This document shows, one piece after another, positions 14,457 to 28,520 of a DNA stretch of 64,000 bases. The position numbers and the translations under genes were made by a program. Numbering within the stretch: position 1 is the first letter of the stretch; each line of letters opens with the position of its first letter. Below the pieces are notes generated by a model. It ran no database searches. It was not told the DNA's origin and was given only the letters and a program-made list of their open reading frames with translations. Origin of the DNA: the human T2T-CHM13v2.0 reference genome, Homo sapiens; NCBI RefSeq assembly GCF_009914755.1, contig NC_060937.1. One strand, written 5' to 3'.

Positions 14457-15352
14457 TGTGGTAGATCAAGCACAATGCCATTCTGTGGGAGAAAAATCCT
14501 GAAGATTCCATGGGGGCACTTTGGGCAGGTGCTAGGAGAATCCCATGGACATACTGAGGGACGCTAGTGGAACTTTTGCAAGAGTCTGAGGGTCCCTTGA
14601 GCTACTTCACCAATGGGTCTTAGGACATGCTAGCAGAAGCTGCCGGACATTCTTGAAGGATGCTAGTGAGTTGTTTATATAAGTTTTCAGTTCTGAGAAG
14701 GGACCACCCATCCTTCTTTTTAGTCCCCAACTCCCTGGCCGAGTTCACTTGGTGCTAGTACATCAGAGTTCTAAGCATGCCTCATAGCAGAAAGCTGCCC
14801 TCTCTACACCAGACCTGGTGCACAGCCAGTGCATTGCATCCTCTGAAAGGAGTTGCAATCAAGGACTCAGGAACCCCTGGCCAGCCATGCTGTTATGCAT
14901 GTCTGCATTTCTAACTAGGCACCACCAATGAAAGGCCTATTTACCATGGACCCTCAGCTGAGGCCTACCCTAGATGCCTCTCCTTAGAACTCCTTACCAG
15001 GGAAGAAGGGAGACCTGAAGATATTTTTCTCCATTCTGACTCAGTACTCACTATTTTTTCACTTTCAGCCCTTCTTCCTCTTTCTCCACTCAGTGCAGGA
15101 TTCATAAAATTCCAGAAACATTTTTTCATGGCTCTTTTGGCAGTGAGATAATTTCCTTAATCTGTGCTGACATATCTGCCCTTGCCCATTGCCATTCGTG
15201 AGAAAAATGGAACAGTGGGGAAGCCAGCACTTTATTGTAACTATTCCAGTAAGTGAATAAAGCCTTGACTGTTACTTTCATTTTGCCTCATTGTCTTAAA
15301 GCTATTACCCTGACACCTGGCTGCTCCTTTCTTTCCAGTTCAGCTCTTGACA
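14457..15352 (+). mobile_element. Ancient ERV LTR (~0.9 kb; family uncertain, possibly ERVL class)
   Basis: GC-richer block starting tgtgg and ending gctcttgaca, with TATA-like cataaaa (~15103) and AATAAA (~15255) in LTR U3/R order. Confidence 0.6.
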
Positions 15353-16027
15353 ATGGGATTGGATGGATGAATCTCCATATTATCTCTCCCTTTTTGACTG
15401 TGGTAATCTGATAAAAAGATTAGTGGTTTGGGGCTTAGATAACAAGAACACTCAATTTGATTGCTTTCCCTAGGTTAGTAAGAGAAGCCAAGACTAGATA
15501 ACAATTCAGTTTTCTATGAAAGGAAAGAGAGCAAGGAATAAAGGAAGGAAAGGAATAAAAGAAGGAAGAAGAGAAGAGAAAAAAAGGAGAAAAGCAAGTA
15601 GATTTGTTCCTTTTAATGAATACCATTGTTTAATAAAATCAAGTTATACAATATTTGAGATGGTAACAGAAAGGGTAATCTTCCTCCTATAGATAGATAT
15701 GCATATATCAATCGTGATCAGATTGGAAGAATAAGGTATTCCACTACAAAGGCCAATAGAAAAATCGCATTTTAAATATATAGGATTCTAAAGAGGAAGC
15801 AAATATCTATAAAAATATAAATATTGGGGTTACATCTTAACCAACAATAAATTGTGTGCATAATTTTAAACTATATATTTCCACCAATATGAGGAAAATA
15901 AGTTTATTTACCATACTATTTTGTCATCCATGCAGCACAGAGCATTATGGCTGAATCATGTTCACAAAATACTTGATAAGCACTAATGTGAATAGGTTAG
16001 TGTGGTCTGGAAGAGGGGCAGTTTCCA

Positions 16028-16343
<316 letters not shown>

Positions 16344-18130
16344 TCACTTCATTCAAAACTCAAACTTCAGAGTACTTATTCTGTAATCTGCATTTGTGGG
16401 TTTATTTCTTCTTTCTAATTCACATTGAGATTTTTAATATTATACTTCAACTGTTTTATTCCAGATTATATTGTATAATCCAAGTACATATTCTATAATA
16501 TTCATTTATTTCTACTTCCTACTTTACACTGAGATTTTAAATATTATGCCTCAACTGTTTTATCATAGATCATTTCTCAGGATACTGCAAAGTCTAATCT
16601 TTATCCAAGATTATTATCTTTTTTTTTCACAAGTAACACTAGTCTCTAAGTGTGTGGCCTCCACCTCAGAATATGTAGTCTCTATACTTTTGATACAGAC
16701 AACATATAGCGGGGGTAGAAAATAAGTTCATTTTGTCACTTAATCCATCTGTAGCATCCTGAAAAATTTAAGATGACTCATTGTATAGCTACATAATAAT
16801 AAAATAGATGATTTTAAAAAGAACAAGTAGACAGACCTCACTAATTAGACTCTAGTGAACGATCAAACATCAAAGAAAATCATTAATGAGCAGAAGAGAA
16901 GAAAGAAGGCACACATCCCTGACAGCTTCTGCAATAGAGAATTCTGTCTGAAGTCCTTTGCATAGCAACCAGATGGAGGTGGCTAACGATACGAGACTTA
17001 CTGACTTGCAGCCTGCAGATAAAATGGTAGTGGAAACTTCTGCAGTATTTACTATTGACAGGGGTCATTGGGAGTGACTGGAGTTTAGGGTGGAAACAAT
17101 AGATGTCAGAGCTATCCTTCATTCTGAAAATTATCTTATAGCATATCTATTTCTATTTACTTCTAGATATATTTTACTGAATATTCAGTCATATCCCATA
17201 AATTTTCAGCATGTTTACTTTCAGAGATCTATTAATCCATTGTTTCTAGTATATGTTCCTTTTAACAGTGTCCAGATTCTTCACCATTAGAAAAATTATG
17301 TTGGTGCAGATTAGGTTTACAACCTAAATATATATACCTATATATTACAATTGAAGTCTTTAAATTAGATCAACTTCCTAGTGTATTTTCCTCCCCGAAT
17401 CTCATTTTAGTTTCAACGTTTACTCTATAAACAGATTTTTGCATATAAATCTAGACTAGAATTCATGTTATTCCAAATGGGCACAAATCAATTCAATTCA
17501 ATATCTGAGAGGATTCAAAGTATGTATCTTCCTTTAGCTACCTCCTACAGTACAGATATTGATTTGCACAGCCTAAATATCATAAATAATTGATTTGAAT
17601 CCATAGGTGCACACTTGTAATTTTATTTCTCTCTTAATATTTTGTGATACGGATGGGCCATACCTAAATCTTCTTTTGTGTGTTTGTGGTATAAAGCCTG
17701 CACATTGTTTAAACCACACAGTCTCTGAATTGCCTTTCTCTCTCCTTATGCTAAAATATATGTTTGATCTACATTGTTCTGAGGCTCAGCACTGTGCTTT
17801 CAGTTATTCTTGAAAGTCTCAATGGCTCCCATGATCTTTGATTTTAAAATAATAAAAGAATATTTCTCCACCCAAATAGTTAATATATATTTTCCTTCAG
17901 AGTTTTTGACTTTAAGACTGCATTATTCTGACAATGTATTTTTATGTTGTTATAATATCCTTCATTATAAGATTTTACTCTTTGTAGTGCTGTTTGCCAC
18001 ACTTACTAAAGGTGAAAACTAAGTGTTTTCAAAATCTAGAAAACATGTATTTTACTGATGAGGTATAAACATATAATTTTAATATAAATCTAAATGCCTT
18101 TCATATAGAACACATATAAGATGCTTTTCT

Positions 18131-18320
18131 CATTCATTCATTTTATATCCTTTCATTAAACAAGAATTCACTCTCTTAGTTAGTACGTTAAATACAGGAG
18201 ATACAAAGGTAAACAAAACATTGTCCTTGTCCTTGAGATACTCAAAGTCTAGTGAGGAGACGCAAACCAGAATGAAAAAAGAAAGGAAATTATAATACAC
18301 TGTAGTTAGTTTAGCAAAAG
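18131..18320 (-). mobile_element. L2 3' end fragment
   Basis: cattcattca tail plus 'ggagatacaaaggtaaacaaaacattgtccttgtcctt...agtctagtgaggagac'. Confidence 0.7.
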
Positions 18321-19030
18321 AATATGAATAATAGTTATAATTGTCAAACATCATCTATAGATGCTGCAAGATTGCTTGTACATATTTTTTGAGTGGCAAT
18401 GTGCTAAAAGCATACATTTTATATAAAAAATAACCAAACCATTTATGAATTCTAGATCAGAACATTGTTTTCTGAAATTTTCTTAAGTTAAACATTATTT
18501 ACAACTGACAATAATCATATCTAAAAAAAGACATGACTGTCTGCCTTACAGTGTATTAAACCCTTTATGTGGGTTTTCATATTTCATAACATCCTTAAGC
18601 AATAAATCATGTTTAATATTTATGTAACTATAATAATGTTTATAATATTAAATTAATATTTATGATTAAATTTAATATTCATGATTTAACTATGATTGAA
18701 TTTGTTTGATGTGATTAAGTTGAAGTTTTAATTTAATATTCATGACTAACTCAGTATTAAAAGTTTTGCAAACCACAAGTTACAAACAATTTTGAGAATG
18801 GCTTTCTTTTATAAGAAATATGCATGGTAAATAAGCATATTGATTACTTATGTGACATAATTAAAATTAGAGTCAACACTTTTAAATAAAAGTAAAATAT
18901 ATTATTTATAGCACAGAACAGAATAACTGAACTTAGCCTACATTTGAATAATCACATTGATATAATTGTATGTAAGATAAATAAGTATAAGGTGTTTATT
19001 CTCACCGGAAAAAGAATCCCAATATTACAC

Positions 19031-20435
19031 TGTTAAGAATTGGGAAAAATGTGAGATTTTTATCCTGCTTGCAAGTTCACAGGTTAGACTATTATAGTTT
19101 CATGCAAAACTGAGATGCCACTAGAATTGAGTCTGCTGATTTTTTTTAAGAAATCAATTTTATTTTTACTTTATTAAAAATACAGAAGTGCATAGCCAAT
19201 GTAAGAATTTCTGCAAACATAGCATTTACATTTGATAAGTGAAGTTTTCAGGTTCCTCCCATCTTGTTAGTCATTATATTCCAAAGTGACCCACATCCAT
19301 GTAAGAATGTTAGGCCAGAGTCATAAGCCCTCCATGGGCAGGTATTCAATTTCAACAAGAGTATAACAGGAAGCTAACAGCTACTCTTCTAAAGGTGTGT
19401 ACAGTACCTGGTAGTCATATCTTGAAGGATGCAAGGTGAAAATCTTAAGGGGTGCTTCTGGCTGCAGGCTGCCTTTCTTTGCCAGAGGCTCCAATCAGAA
19501 TCACGAGTCACAGAATTGCCTCCAATACGCAGTGTCCAATATGGTGATGGGCCTTCTTTTTGATAGTAGGGGGCTGAAGAGACAATTTTTCTTTGGGGAG
19601 GCACTGAACACTGTGAATCTACCCACATAATCTCAAGGAAGTTTACTTGTCAAACAGGCCTCAGAATTTTCCCTGGGCTTATCAGTCACCGCTTCTGGAG
19701 TAAATGTGATAATAACTGCAGTCAGGACATTGCAACTGAGTCTTCTGACATGCTGGCCAACAGGACCTCACCTATGTTGTGGAAGCTTTGACATCAGAGG
19801 GCAGAGGAATTCCACTAAATTTTGATCCATTCATTAGTGGCAAATACCAGGAGAATGTGTCCCTTTAGCACTTCTCTACCTGAAGCTCTTTCCAAACAGA
19901 AAATTGTCCTCTGGCACTTGCAAGATGGGTTGTACAAACATATGACACATCAATCCATCTTCTACATTTACATGTAGACACAATAACAATGCATTGAAAT
20001 TAACCCAAGGGGCCCACCTATAAGGTCATGTTAATTTATCTTAGCAATATTTTATTTAATATTTACTTTTTTTTCTAAAGACAAAGCCCACAGCACAACA
20101 GGAATTGTAAGGCTGTTTCGTCTCTCAAACACATAACAGTGATACACAGGTAAGTTCACGTGGATGTTCTATAAATAGTGAGTTTGTGTCATAGCTGAAA
20201 AACTTCATGCTTAGGAAATCCAGTCTTTTAAAGAGGGCTACTAGTAAACCTGTTCAACCTTTGTCTGAGAGGAAGACATTATCTTTATTATTCTAGTCAG
20301 GAAACACATTTTTCTTCTGTCCTGGAGGGAGATACCATATCTTCCAACATTGTTTACTATACAAACAGCCGTGAAAAGAATAGTACAGATCTAAAGCTGC
20401 AGACATGCAGAAACATTACAAACCCATGGAGATCT
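19031..20435 (-). mobile_element. MER77-like ERVL LTR in two pieces (19031-~19132 and ~20075-20435)
   Basis: 'tgagatttttatcctgcttgcaag' and 'catatcttccaacattgtttactatacaaaca...aaacccatggaga'; same family as the copy at 50435-51333. Confidence 0.65.
19240..20020 (-). mobile_element. Decayed ERVL-type pol fragment (RT palm/thumb and RNase H-like tether)
   Basis: Minus-strand translation gives SPGICH..., FHNIGEVLL (19767-19781; degenerate HYIDD), ISPGKILRPV*QVNFLEIMW, DWSLWQ...SQKHPLRF and YTPLEE*LLASCYTLVEIEYL, colinear with ERVL pol. Confidence 0.82.
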
Positions 20436-21329
20436 ATATAGGATGGGAGACAGTATTGTAAGTTAGAATTTTCCATGGACTGTTTTTTGTGCTTATGTTG
20501 CATCACAGAATTATGTAAATTTCCTGAAACATAATGGAGACTGTGTTTGTCAAATTAATGAAATGAAGTGTCCTTGAATCAGATGTGTATTTATAGGAGG
20601 AGATAACATATACTTTAGAATAGTAGTGGCACCAGTAGTCTAAAATGTATAAAAAGCTCCACAGTTAAAAAGTATCCGTATTAGATATGATAATCTATTA
20701 AGCTATACTTTGTTTTGATGATCATGTGGTTAAAATGAAGTGGAAGTGAAGAAAACCCACCATAGTAAGTAGAAAAAATTCCATGGTAAATGCTGAAGAA
20801 AATGCATTATTTAGTCTAGAGAAGTGTGAAGGAGAAACAATAAACTATTTTTTCTAATATAGAAAGAGTATTTATAAAATTAGTGAGTACATAAACAAAT
20901 TTGAATAAATAAACTTAAACTCAAGCAGAAGACTTATTGCTTATAAATGAAGACAGTTTATAATAATAATACTGAGATGTTGTAAAATATTGTTGTTGGA
21001 GACCAATAAGATAAACACAAACACAATTATTACCTGGAGAATCATGACTAAAACTTTCAAGTTAGACTTTAAACATCCTTGCCAGGCTTAGTTTTTAAAT
21101 ATTTGACTACATATTATTTAGTTTTCTTAATATGACCTAGACTTCCAAATTGTTTCCTAAGCTCTTGCTCTTCCTTCCATCTATAAATATAGTCACACTC
21201 CAGCTCTGTTGAAATCCTCACACTCTTCCAAGGACAATTTCAAAGGATAAGTTCTTAATGAAGTAGGTCCTGATTGATAGCGTTCCTCTCTGAAATCCAC
21301 AGAATGTATTTTTATATTTTTATTAGCTT

Positions 21330-21410
21330 TTTTCCTCTCTTTCCCCACCCCCTCTCTCCCTCCATCTCTCCTTTTCTTCTTGCCTCTCTCTCTCTCTTTC
21401 TCTCCCTTCA
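21330..21410. repeat. CT-rich low-complexity tract
   Basis: Pyrimidine run ctctctttcccc...tctctctttctctccc. Confidence 0.7.
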
Positions 21411-21869
21411 ACAAGGACATAGCTCTTTCTTGTAGTATGTAGAAGAAATTGTTGCTTTAAACTGTTGGATTACAACATTAAAAATCTGCATGGGTTTTTA
21501 ATGGCAAGTTAATATCTGTTTTATTGCATGTTAATTGAAACAAGGATTAAAAATAATGTTTTATTTCTTTTTATTTTATAATATTAATGTACCTTGTCTT
21601 CAGATGATTAAGAGAGCATTTAGTATTGAACTTTAACATACATCGATTTATTTATATTAGAAATCAATAAGTAGAGAATCAAGCCTTTGGTATAATTTAG
21701 ATCTAATATTATGTTACAAAGTAAGTAACTAATTAAATGATTTTAAGTAGCACATTCATTCAGACAATTGATAAGTAGTATTTATAAGCAACAAGAGAAA
21801 GCGTATGAAATAGTAATTTGTTAAATCTAATAAAAGCTCACAATCAAATGGCAAAAAATGTAATATTGT

Positions 21870-22253
21870 TGTATTAGACCATTCTCACCCTGCTATAAAG
21901 AAATACCTGAGACTAGGTAATTTATAAAGAAAAAAAGTTTTAATTGGCTCATGATTCTGTAGCTACAGGAAGCATGGCTGGTGATGCCTCAGGAAACTTA
22001 GAATCATGGCAGAAGGCGAAGGGGAAGCAGGCAAATCTTCACATGGCCAGAGCATGAGGAAGAGAGAGGAAGGGGAGGTGCTACACACTTTTAACAACCA
22101 GATCTCATGAGAACTCACGCACTATCACTAGAACAGCAAGGGGGAAATCTGCTGCCATGATCCAATCATCTCTCACACCAGGTCTTTCTTGCAATATTGG
22201 GGATTAAAATTTGACATGAGATTTGGGCAGGAACACAAATCCAAACCATATGA
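21870..22253 (-). mobile_element. THE1D/MSTA MaLR solo LTR
   Basis: tgtattagaccattctc...cacaaatccaaaccatatga; 5-bp TSD attgt/atcgt. Confidence 0.9.
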
Positions 22254-22963
22254 ATCGTGTAGACCACCCTTTACAGCACATTTGAAAGGTCTTTAAACAT
22301 TTTAAAACTTTGGGCTAAGCTCCATAGATGTATGAAAATAAAAATATATTTCTGTAAGGGATTTTACATTTCTTCATGAAACTAACCTAAGACTAGAAAA
22401 TGGTTTGTATTCTGAGGAGAACTTCAACAAAACTTGTAAAATTATGTAGAAGATTCACATATGAAAAATTTACTGGCAGATGGGACTTAGGGAGCCCTCA
22501 GTGTATATGCAACTCTCTGATTATTAAATCTAATCCTAGTTGGAAACTGCATTTTGTTCCTCAATCCCTTATGAAATCATTAGGCTATATCTATATATTT
22601 TATCTGGATTGGACCTCTCTTAATACAATAAAAATAATATAAAATAGTGTTTCTTAAATTTCCAGGTAAACATGGAAATGATGGCAGCCCTAATGTAAAG
22701 AAATATCTCTCCTTACATTGTCTATTTGCAAGAGGACTCCAGAGAAAGAAATGAGATGTTTTTATTGCTCTACTTGTCAGCAATGATAAATGCAACTGGG
22801 AGAAATAATTTGAGGGCTATAAGAAACATCCCTGCAGAATACAAACTTGGTTAAATTTTTGAGCAACAGTTTAACCTATTACTTATTGAAAAAATTATTA
22901 GATAAATAAAAACAGTTTACAAAAATTGGGCGAAAACAAAGGAAATTAATAAGAATCTACTCA

Positions 22964-22967
<4 letters not shown>

Positions 22968-23003
<36 letters not shown>

Positions 23004-23010
23004 TGTGTGT
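22968..23010. repeat. (TG)n microsatellite
   Basis: About 20 TG units with one interruption. Confidence 0.97.
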
Positions 23011-23299
23011 AAGATTGCAGTTAAGGCAATCTCTACAAATAACCAAAAACCAAAGTATTATTCCTAAAAGCTGTCCATTCTTAATTTATAAAATATGATA
23101 ATTTAATTTATTTTAGGAAAATAATACATGTAATAATGAAATACTGAAGACCAAAAGTTAAATATAAATTGAAAAATAAATTCTGGTCATACACATTAAT
23201 ACTAACTCAGAAATATTCAAGACATCTATGTATATGTAGATAGAAATTTTTAAAAATATGGGGATCAGTGGTGAGAAATGCTTTCTAAAATTGGAATAA

Positions 23300-23800
23300 T
23301 TTTGTAAATAATGCAATAATATCCACCTGACTATGACCACAGGGGATAGACAGCAGTCCACCAAAGATTGATTTATCTGGTAGCTGCAACAAAGGAAGGT
23401 TTCCAAGAGGAACCATTGGATTTCTCTCTCCTAAAAAAACAAGGGATTGTGTTGACACAGGATTTGGGGAAGTGTGTGTTTTTGGTAAAATTTAATAAAT
23501 GAGTACTTTGATAGTCCTAGCAAAACTGTGCTGTGTGTAAAAAGTTTAATATCAGTTATTGTATCCTGAGTGGAACCAGGTCCTATTTTTGTTTTGAAAT
23601 CTAAAACGTGAAGATAAATTTGCACTACTGTGTTTGGAAACCTCTAAACTGAAGTCTTGTGCCTAGATTGGAAATGGAGGATGCCTCTCTGTGTCAAAAT
23701 GACTCAGATCCTTCAGGCAAGAATGGAGTGTGCCATTATTTTATGATTGCAAGCAGCAATGTCTCCAATAGCCTATGATTTTAGAGACTATTTCCCCAGC
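23300..23800 (-). mobile_element. Old LTR, LTR79-like
   Basis: 'tgtcaaaatgactcagatccttcaggcaagaatgg...gcctatgattttagaga' recalls an ancient LTR consensus; boundaries fuzzy. Confidence 0.4.
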
Positions 23801-26800
23801 ATTATGTCTTTTTGTTAGTTAACATAAATGGCATTTACAAGTTTGCCATGGAATCCTGCAGTAGCCACATTTTAGCAAACATATTTGATTTATTATTTTC
23901 TTTATTTAACAACAAAAAAAGAACATCAAATGGCAATGTAGCTAAAGATGATAATGTTAGTATAATTTCTCCCTCAGAATAAGGGAAGTATTGCTCCATT
24001 GGCTTCTACTATTGAATCTTACTGTGGAAAAATCAAAGGTCAGACTGATATTTTCCTTTAATTGACATTTTTCCTCCTATGTACAGGATAACTCTGTTTT
24101 TTCTTTGTTTTTTTTTTTTTTTTTTAATTTTTGGTGTCTCCGTGGCATTCCAAAGAATTTTAGTGTTTATTCCACTTGGTCAAGGGCATATCATAGCCCT
24201 GTATCCCTGTACAAATACAACTTATGGCTTCACATTGGACCCTTAACTAAGCACGGGCCTGAATTTATCTTTTCATCTAAACATTAGCCTATTTGTTTTG
24301 CCTACCCTACTTGACTCAACTTACTTTCTCCAGCAGGTCCTCTCTGCTAACTCTAAAGATGGATGAGATAAAAGTACTTGTATTTTTATATCCTGTTTTT
24401 AATTCTTTGCAATGGAAGAGGATCATTACCTAGGCATCTTAGTGTGTCTCCTCCTTTCCAAATGATCATATGTATTTGCTGTCTTTGTTTGGGTGTTTAA
24501 GTTCTGCAGAACCCCATCTGCAGGATGATTAATTCCATGAATATATAGTCATTTTGTCTTTCTAGTTTGCTTACCTACTATTAAAGCACACTAAATGATG
24601 AGTTCAGGGACCAACTCCTCATTTTCCTGAGAACCCCCTGGTGAGGTAGAACCCACTTCTGGGATCCTGGACATTTTTATTTTTTCCACAGCTGACTATC
24701 TTCCTTTCCATTATCTTGAATTTAAGGTATATTAATATGTAATACAAGGATTTAGTCAGCTTGCCTTTTTTCCCAAACTTTATTTCGGTGATGTTAGTGC
24801 AGAGATATCAGCCAGAGACCTCTACTGAAATATTCTGTCTTTCTTTGGCCACTTCCATGAGGTTTTGGAAGCTTTATTTTTCTGCGGTAGACAATGACTT
24901 TCATTATTTTGTTGTCGCTACTTTAAAAAAATGGCGGGGAAGGGAAGATGTGGGAGTGTCTTCTTTGATAGGAAATGTGGAGATTATCTGAAATTAAATA
25001 CATCTTGCTTCTTGACACAGATCCTAATTTATTACATGTAGAGTATTGAAGGTTTAACGTTGTTTAACGAGATGGAGTTTTATTTCTGTTACAAGACTGT
25101 TGGTATGTTTTACATATATGAATGCATCTTTTATATTATATTCTTCCTCTTCTAAATTCTAATTAAAGTATATAGAATTTTAAATCCAATAAATAAAAAA
25201 TATAAATACAATTAGTTTCTCAACACTAATTATATTAGTAGCTTTGTAATAAATACAGCTCTCTTACTATTTCTCAAAAGTGATTTTGATTTTTAAAAAT
25301 GTTTAAAATATGCCATTTTATAATTATGATCATTATGTTATTTAATATTGTAGATAGCATATATGGAGTGAGAATCTGATAAAATATTAGAGTATCTGAA
25401 TTTTGAAACATAATAATTATTTTTCCATACAATAGAAAAAATATTTTCACATAGATAGCAACCAAATTGCCAAGAGTTATTCAATTTCTAAGCAGTTCCC
25501 AATCATAGTATTGATTACCCAGTAACTTCTCATATACCTCTCTGTTTTACTGTATTGAAGAGTGTAGTACTGAAACTTTGCAAAGATTTTTATCATGTTA
25601 TCACATCCCATCAACTTTTTCTCATTCATGACTTTGGTTTAACCTTCACTAAAGTATTCCAAAGGACTTTTCATTTTCTTGCTAAGATTCACAATAATTT
25701 CTGAAGCAAATCATACAATATGTATAAAAGATATACACAGCTTAATAAAGCTATGTGTTCTGATTTTTCTCCCCTTCTCTCCCCTTTTCTCACAGACCAC
25801 ATTTGTATTCTATTATAGTAAAAACATTTGTAGAAACAATTGTTCTATTACATATTTTCTTTCTATTTTAGCCTCATGGTTCTTTAATATAGTCTGAAAA
25901 AAATGAATACTATTTTAGGCTACTATGCAGAGAAGTGTCATTTTTATCTAATCTCCTTTTGATAATATGCCTAGATCTACCTCTGAAATTCAAATATGAA
26001 ATCTTTAAACATCCTTGATTTTAATTCTCAGAAACCACAAAAGTTTTTAATCCCTTTATTTTTGTGAGTTTCTATACTTGGCATAAATTTTTATCTTATT
26101 CTAAATATGCAATTACATGCTATCAAATATTCATTTCAGACTACATACAGCCTCTGCCTTCCCACCTCCAATCTTATTCCTAGCCCTAAATTTCACCAGT
26201 CCTCTTCTCTTGCTTATAATCTTAATTATGGGGACTCAAATATTCCCAATGATGTTACTTATATTTTTTAACTTTCTTTTTTAATCCAGTAATGGTATCT
26301 CCTGGACTTTTTATATTTTACTATCTCTGTATTTTTCTACATTAAACCTCTTTCAGAAGCTCATTGACACCTGTTTCACTAATTATTTCTGATAAAATTT
26401 TCACAATGTTTTTAGTTAGTTCTGATTAATTTGACAATATTGTTTTCTGTAGATATACATAGCATTGCTTTATATTAAAAAAACTTTCAGAATAACAGTA
26501 CTCCAAATGACATTTTCACAAAGTTATATTAAATCCTGTATTACGTCCTTTCCATCAGTATTATAGGAAATGGGTGTTTTTAATCTTGCTTTGTAGTTTT
26601 TATTCTATGAAAATTTATATATATGACTTGGTTTTATTATATAGCATATTTTCTTCCAGTTGAGTTAATAAGTCTAGGTTTAAGTGCAAAAACTATAACA
26701 AAACAGTAAAAAGGAAAAGAGCTGAAAATACTTGTCCTGGACTTTTCCTAGGATATTGCCTTAAATCACCACATTTCAACCTATAGCATTATATTTAGCA

Positions 26801-28389
26801 AACAAACGTCTTTTAGACATTTCAAATATTCAATACATATTTTTAATAATATTGGAAAACAGGAAATGATGAAAATGACACAATCAATGAATTGAAATCA
26901 CAAATTTCAAAAAATGTGTAAGGAAAAAGCTATTTATTTTGGGTAGATTTTCTGTTTATGAGGTTTAGAAATTTAGTGTCTTATTTTCATGCAAAGTAGG
27001 ATTTATATGAGAACAATGGTAGTGGGAGGTATAGCAAAAAAAAAATTAAGTCAAAAAGAAAAATTAAGTCATAGATCTTATACATCTAAGTATTCTTACC
27101 ATAGGTCATTAATAAACCATATATTCATATATGTTCTTAGATAAATGAGGCTACACAATGAAAATTTTAACGAAGTCAACCAGACAACATAACAATAATA
27201 TGAATGTTTTTAGTTTTGCTTTTCAGAGCCTGGTAACTCTAGTTTTATTCTGAAATGCTCAAAAAGTTAAACTAAATAAATTACTGTTATTAATATCTGA
27301 GGAACACTAATCACCTAAGAGAAAACAAAAAGAAAAATGATAGCTGGCAAATTTAAAAATTAATTTATATTTCTTTCTTAGATCCTCAATATAATTTTAT
27401 TTTGTACATATATTTTTCCTCAATAATATAGTTTAATATAAAAATGAATCTGTTTTTACTCTGAGGTAGTAGACTATACTTTTCGAATAAATGTCTTCTG
27501 AAGTGTCAATGCTTTATATATTACACCTAGAGATTTTTATCTCTGCATTGGTATATATTTAAATTTTTTAAAAAGACTTAAAGGTATAGTAGATGAAGAA
27601 AATTATACTCTTTTCAAAAACAGTATTTGGGACATTAATCAACATCTTCAAAACATTACAAATGATATCTTTATGCTTCTCTGCATAAGTTATTTTAAAG
27701 TGCCATGTATAAGAAGAGAAAAAGTCAATGATGACTTTAGATTAATTTTTTTTTGCTTAAATATTTATTGTCAATTTCTACCTAAGTACTACTATTCCTA
27801 AGTGTAACCTTAAAGCATGTCAGTTGGTTATATTTAACCTTACATAGAAAAAACAAAAATGTAAACAAGTTGAGAAAATTAAGCTTATCAAACAATTCTT
27901 GTTTCCCCTCTTACGTACATGTTTTGTACCATGTTTTATGTGTTTTAAGAGAACATAAAAATGTAAACAACTTCTTATAATATTCCAAATTTAGAGCAAA
28001 TATTTTAAGTCAGGTATGTGGTAGAGTGTTTTAATTTGCCACTTCCAAAAGAAGGTACATTTTTCATTTCTAATGTTATGTTCTCTTTCTCCAGAATGAG
28101 ATCATGGAAGAAAATTTTATCAGGAAGGCTCTGTTAATACAATATGATTTCGGTTTAAAAAAACAAAACAAAAGCAACTATAGAAAGAAGAATTACAGTA
28201 AGGACTATAAGTGTACTTTAATACTGATTTCATTTCTTCCTTTTAGTAATCAAATTGCATATCTCCCAAGCATTGACTAAGCTTCCACTTCCTTTGTGTC
28301 ATTTAACAAGCATTAACTGGAAGTTATTATTAATATATCATTTGGACAATGTAAGGAAAAATCAAACATTTTAGAATAGTGGAAAAGTA

Positions 28390-28520
28390 AGACAAAATAA
28401 CCCGGATCCCTGAATGACCTCATGGAATAGAACTGACCACCTGGCTGAGACCCTCTGTGTAACTAAGATTAGCATGAGAGGAAAGTAAAATTCCATATTG
28501 CATCTATTGTTTGCAGCTCA
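28390..28520 (+). mobile_element. MLT1 (H/I/J-like) MaLR LTR fragment
   Basis: 'ggatccctgaatgacctcatggaatagaac...catgagaggaaagtaaaatt'. Confidence 0.5.

Noticed and set aside
19140-20020. Processed pseudogene of a cellular gene (poly(A) plus AATAAA on minus strand)
   Set aside because: Translation matches ERVL pol rather than a cellular protein; kept as an ERV finding.
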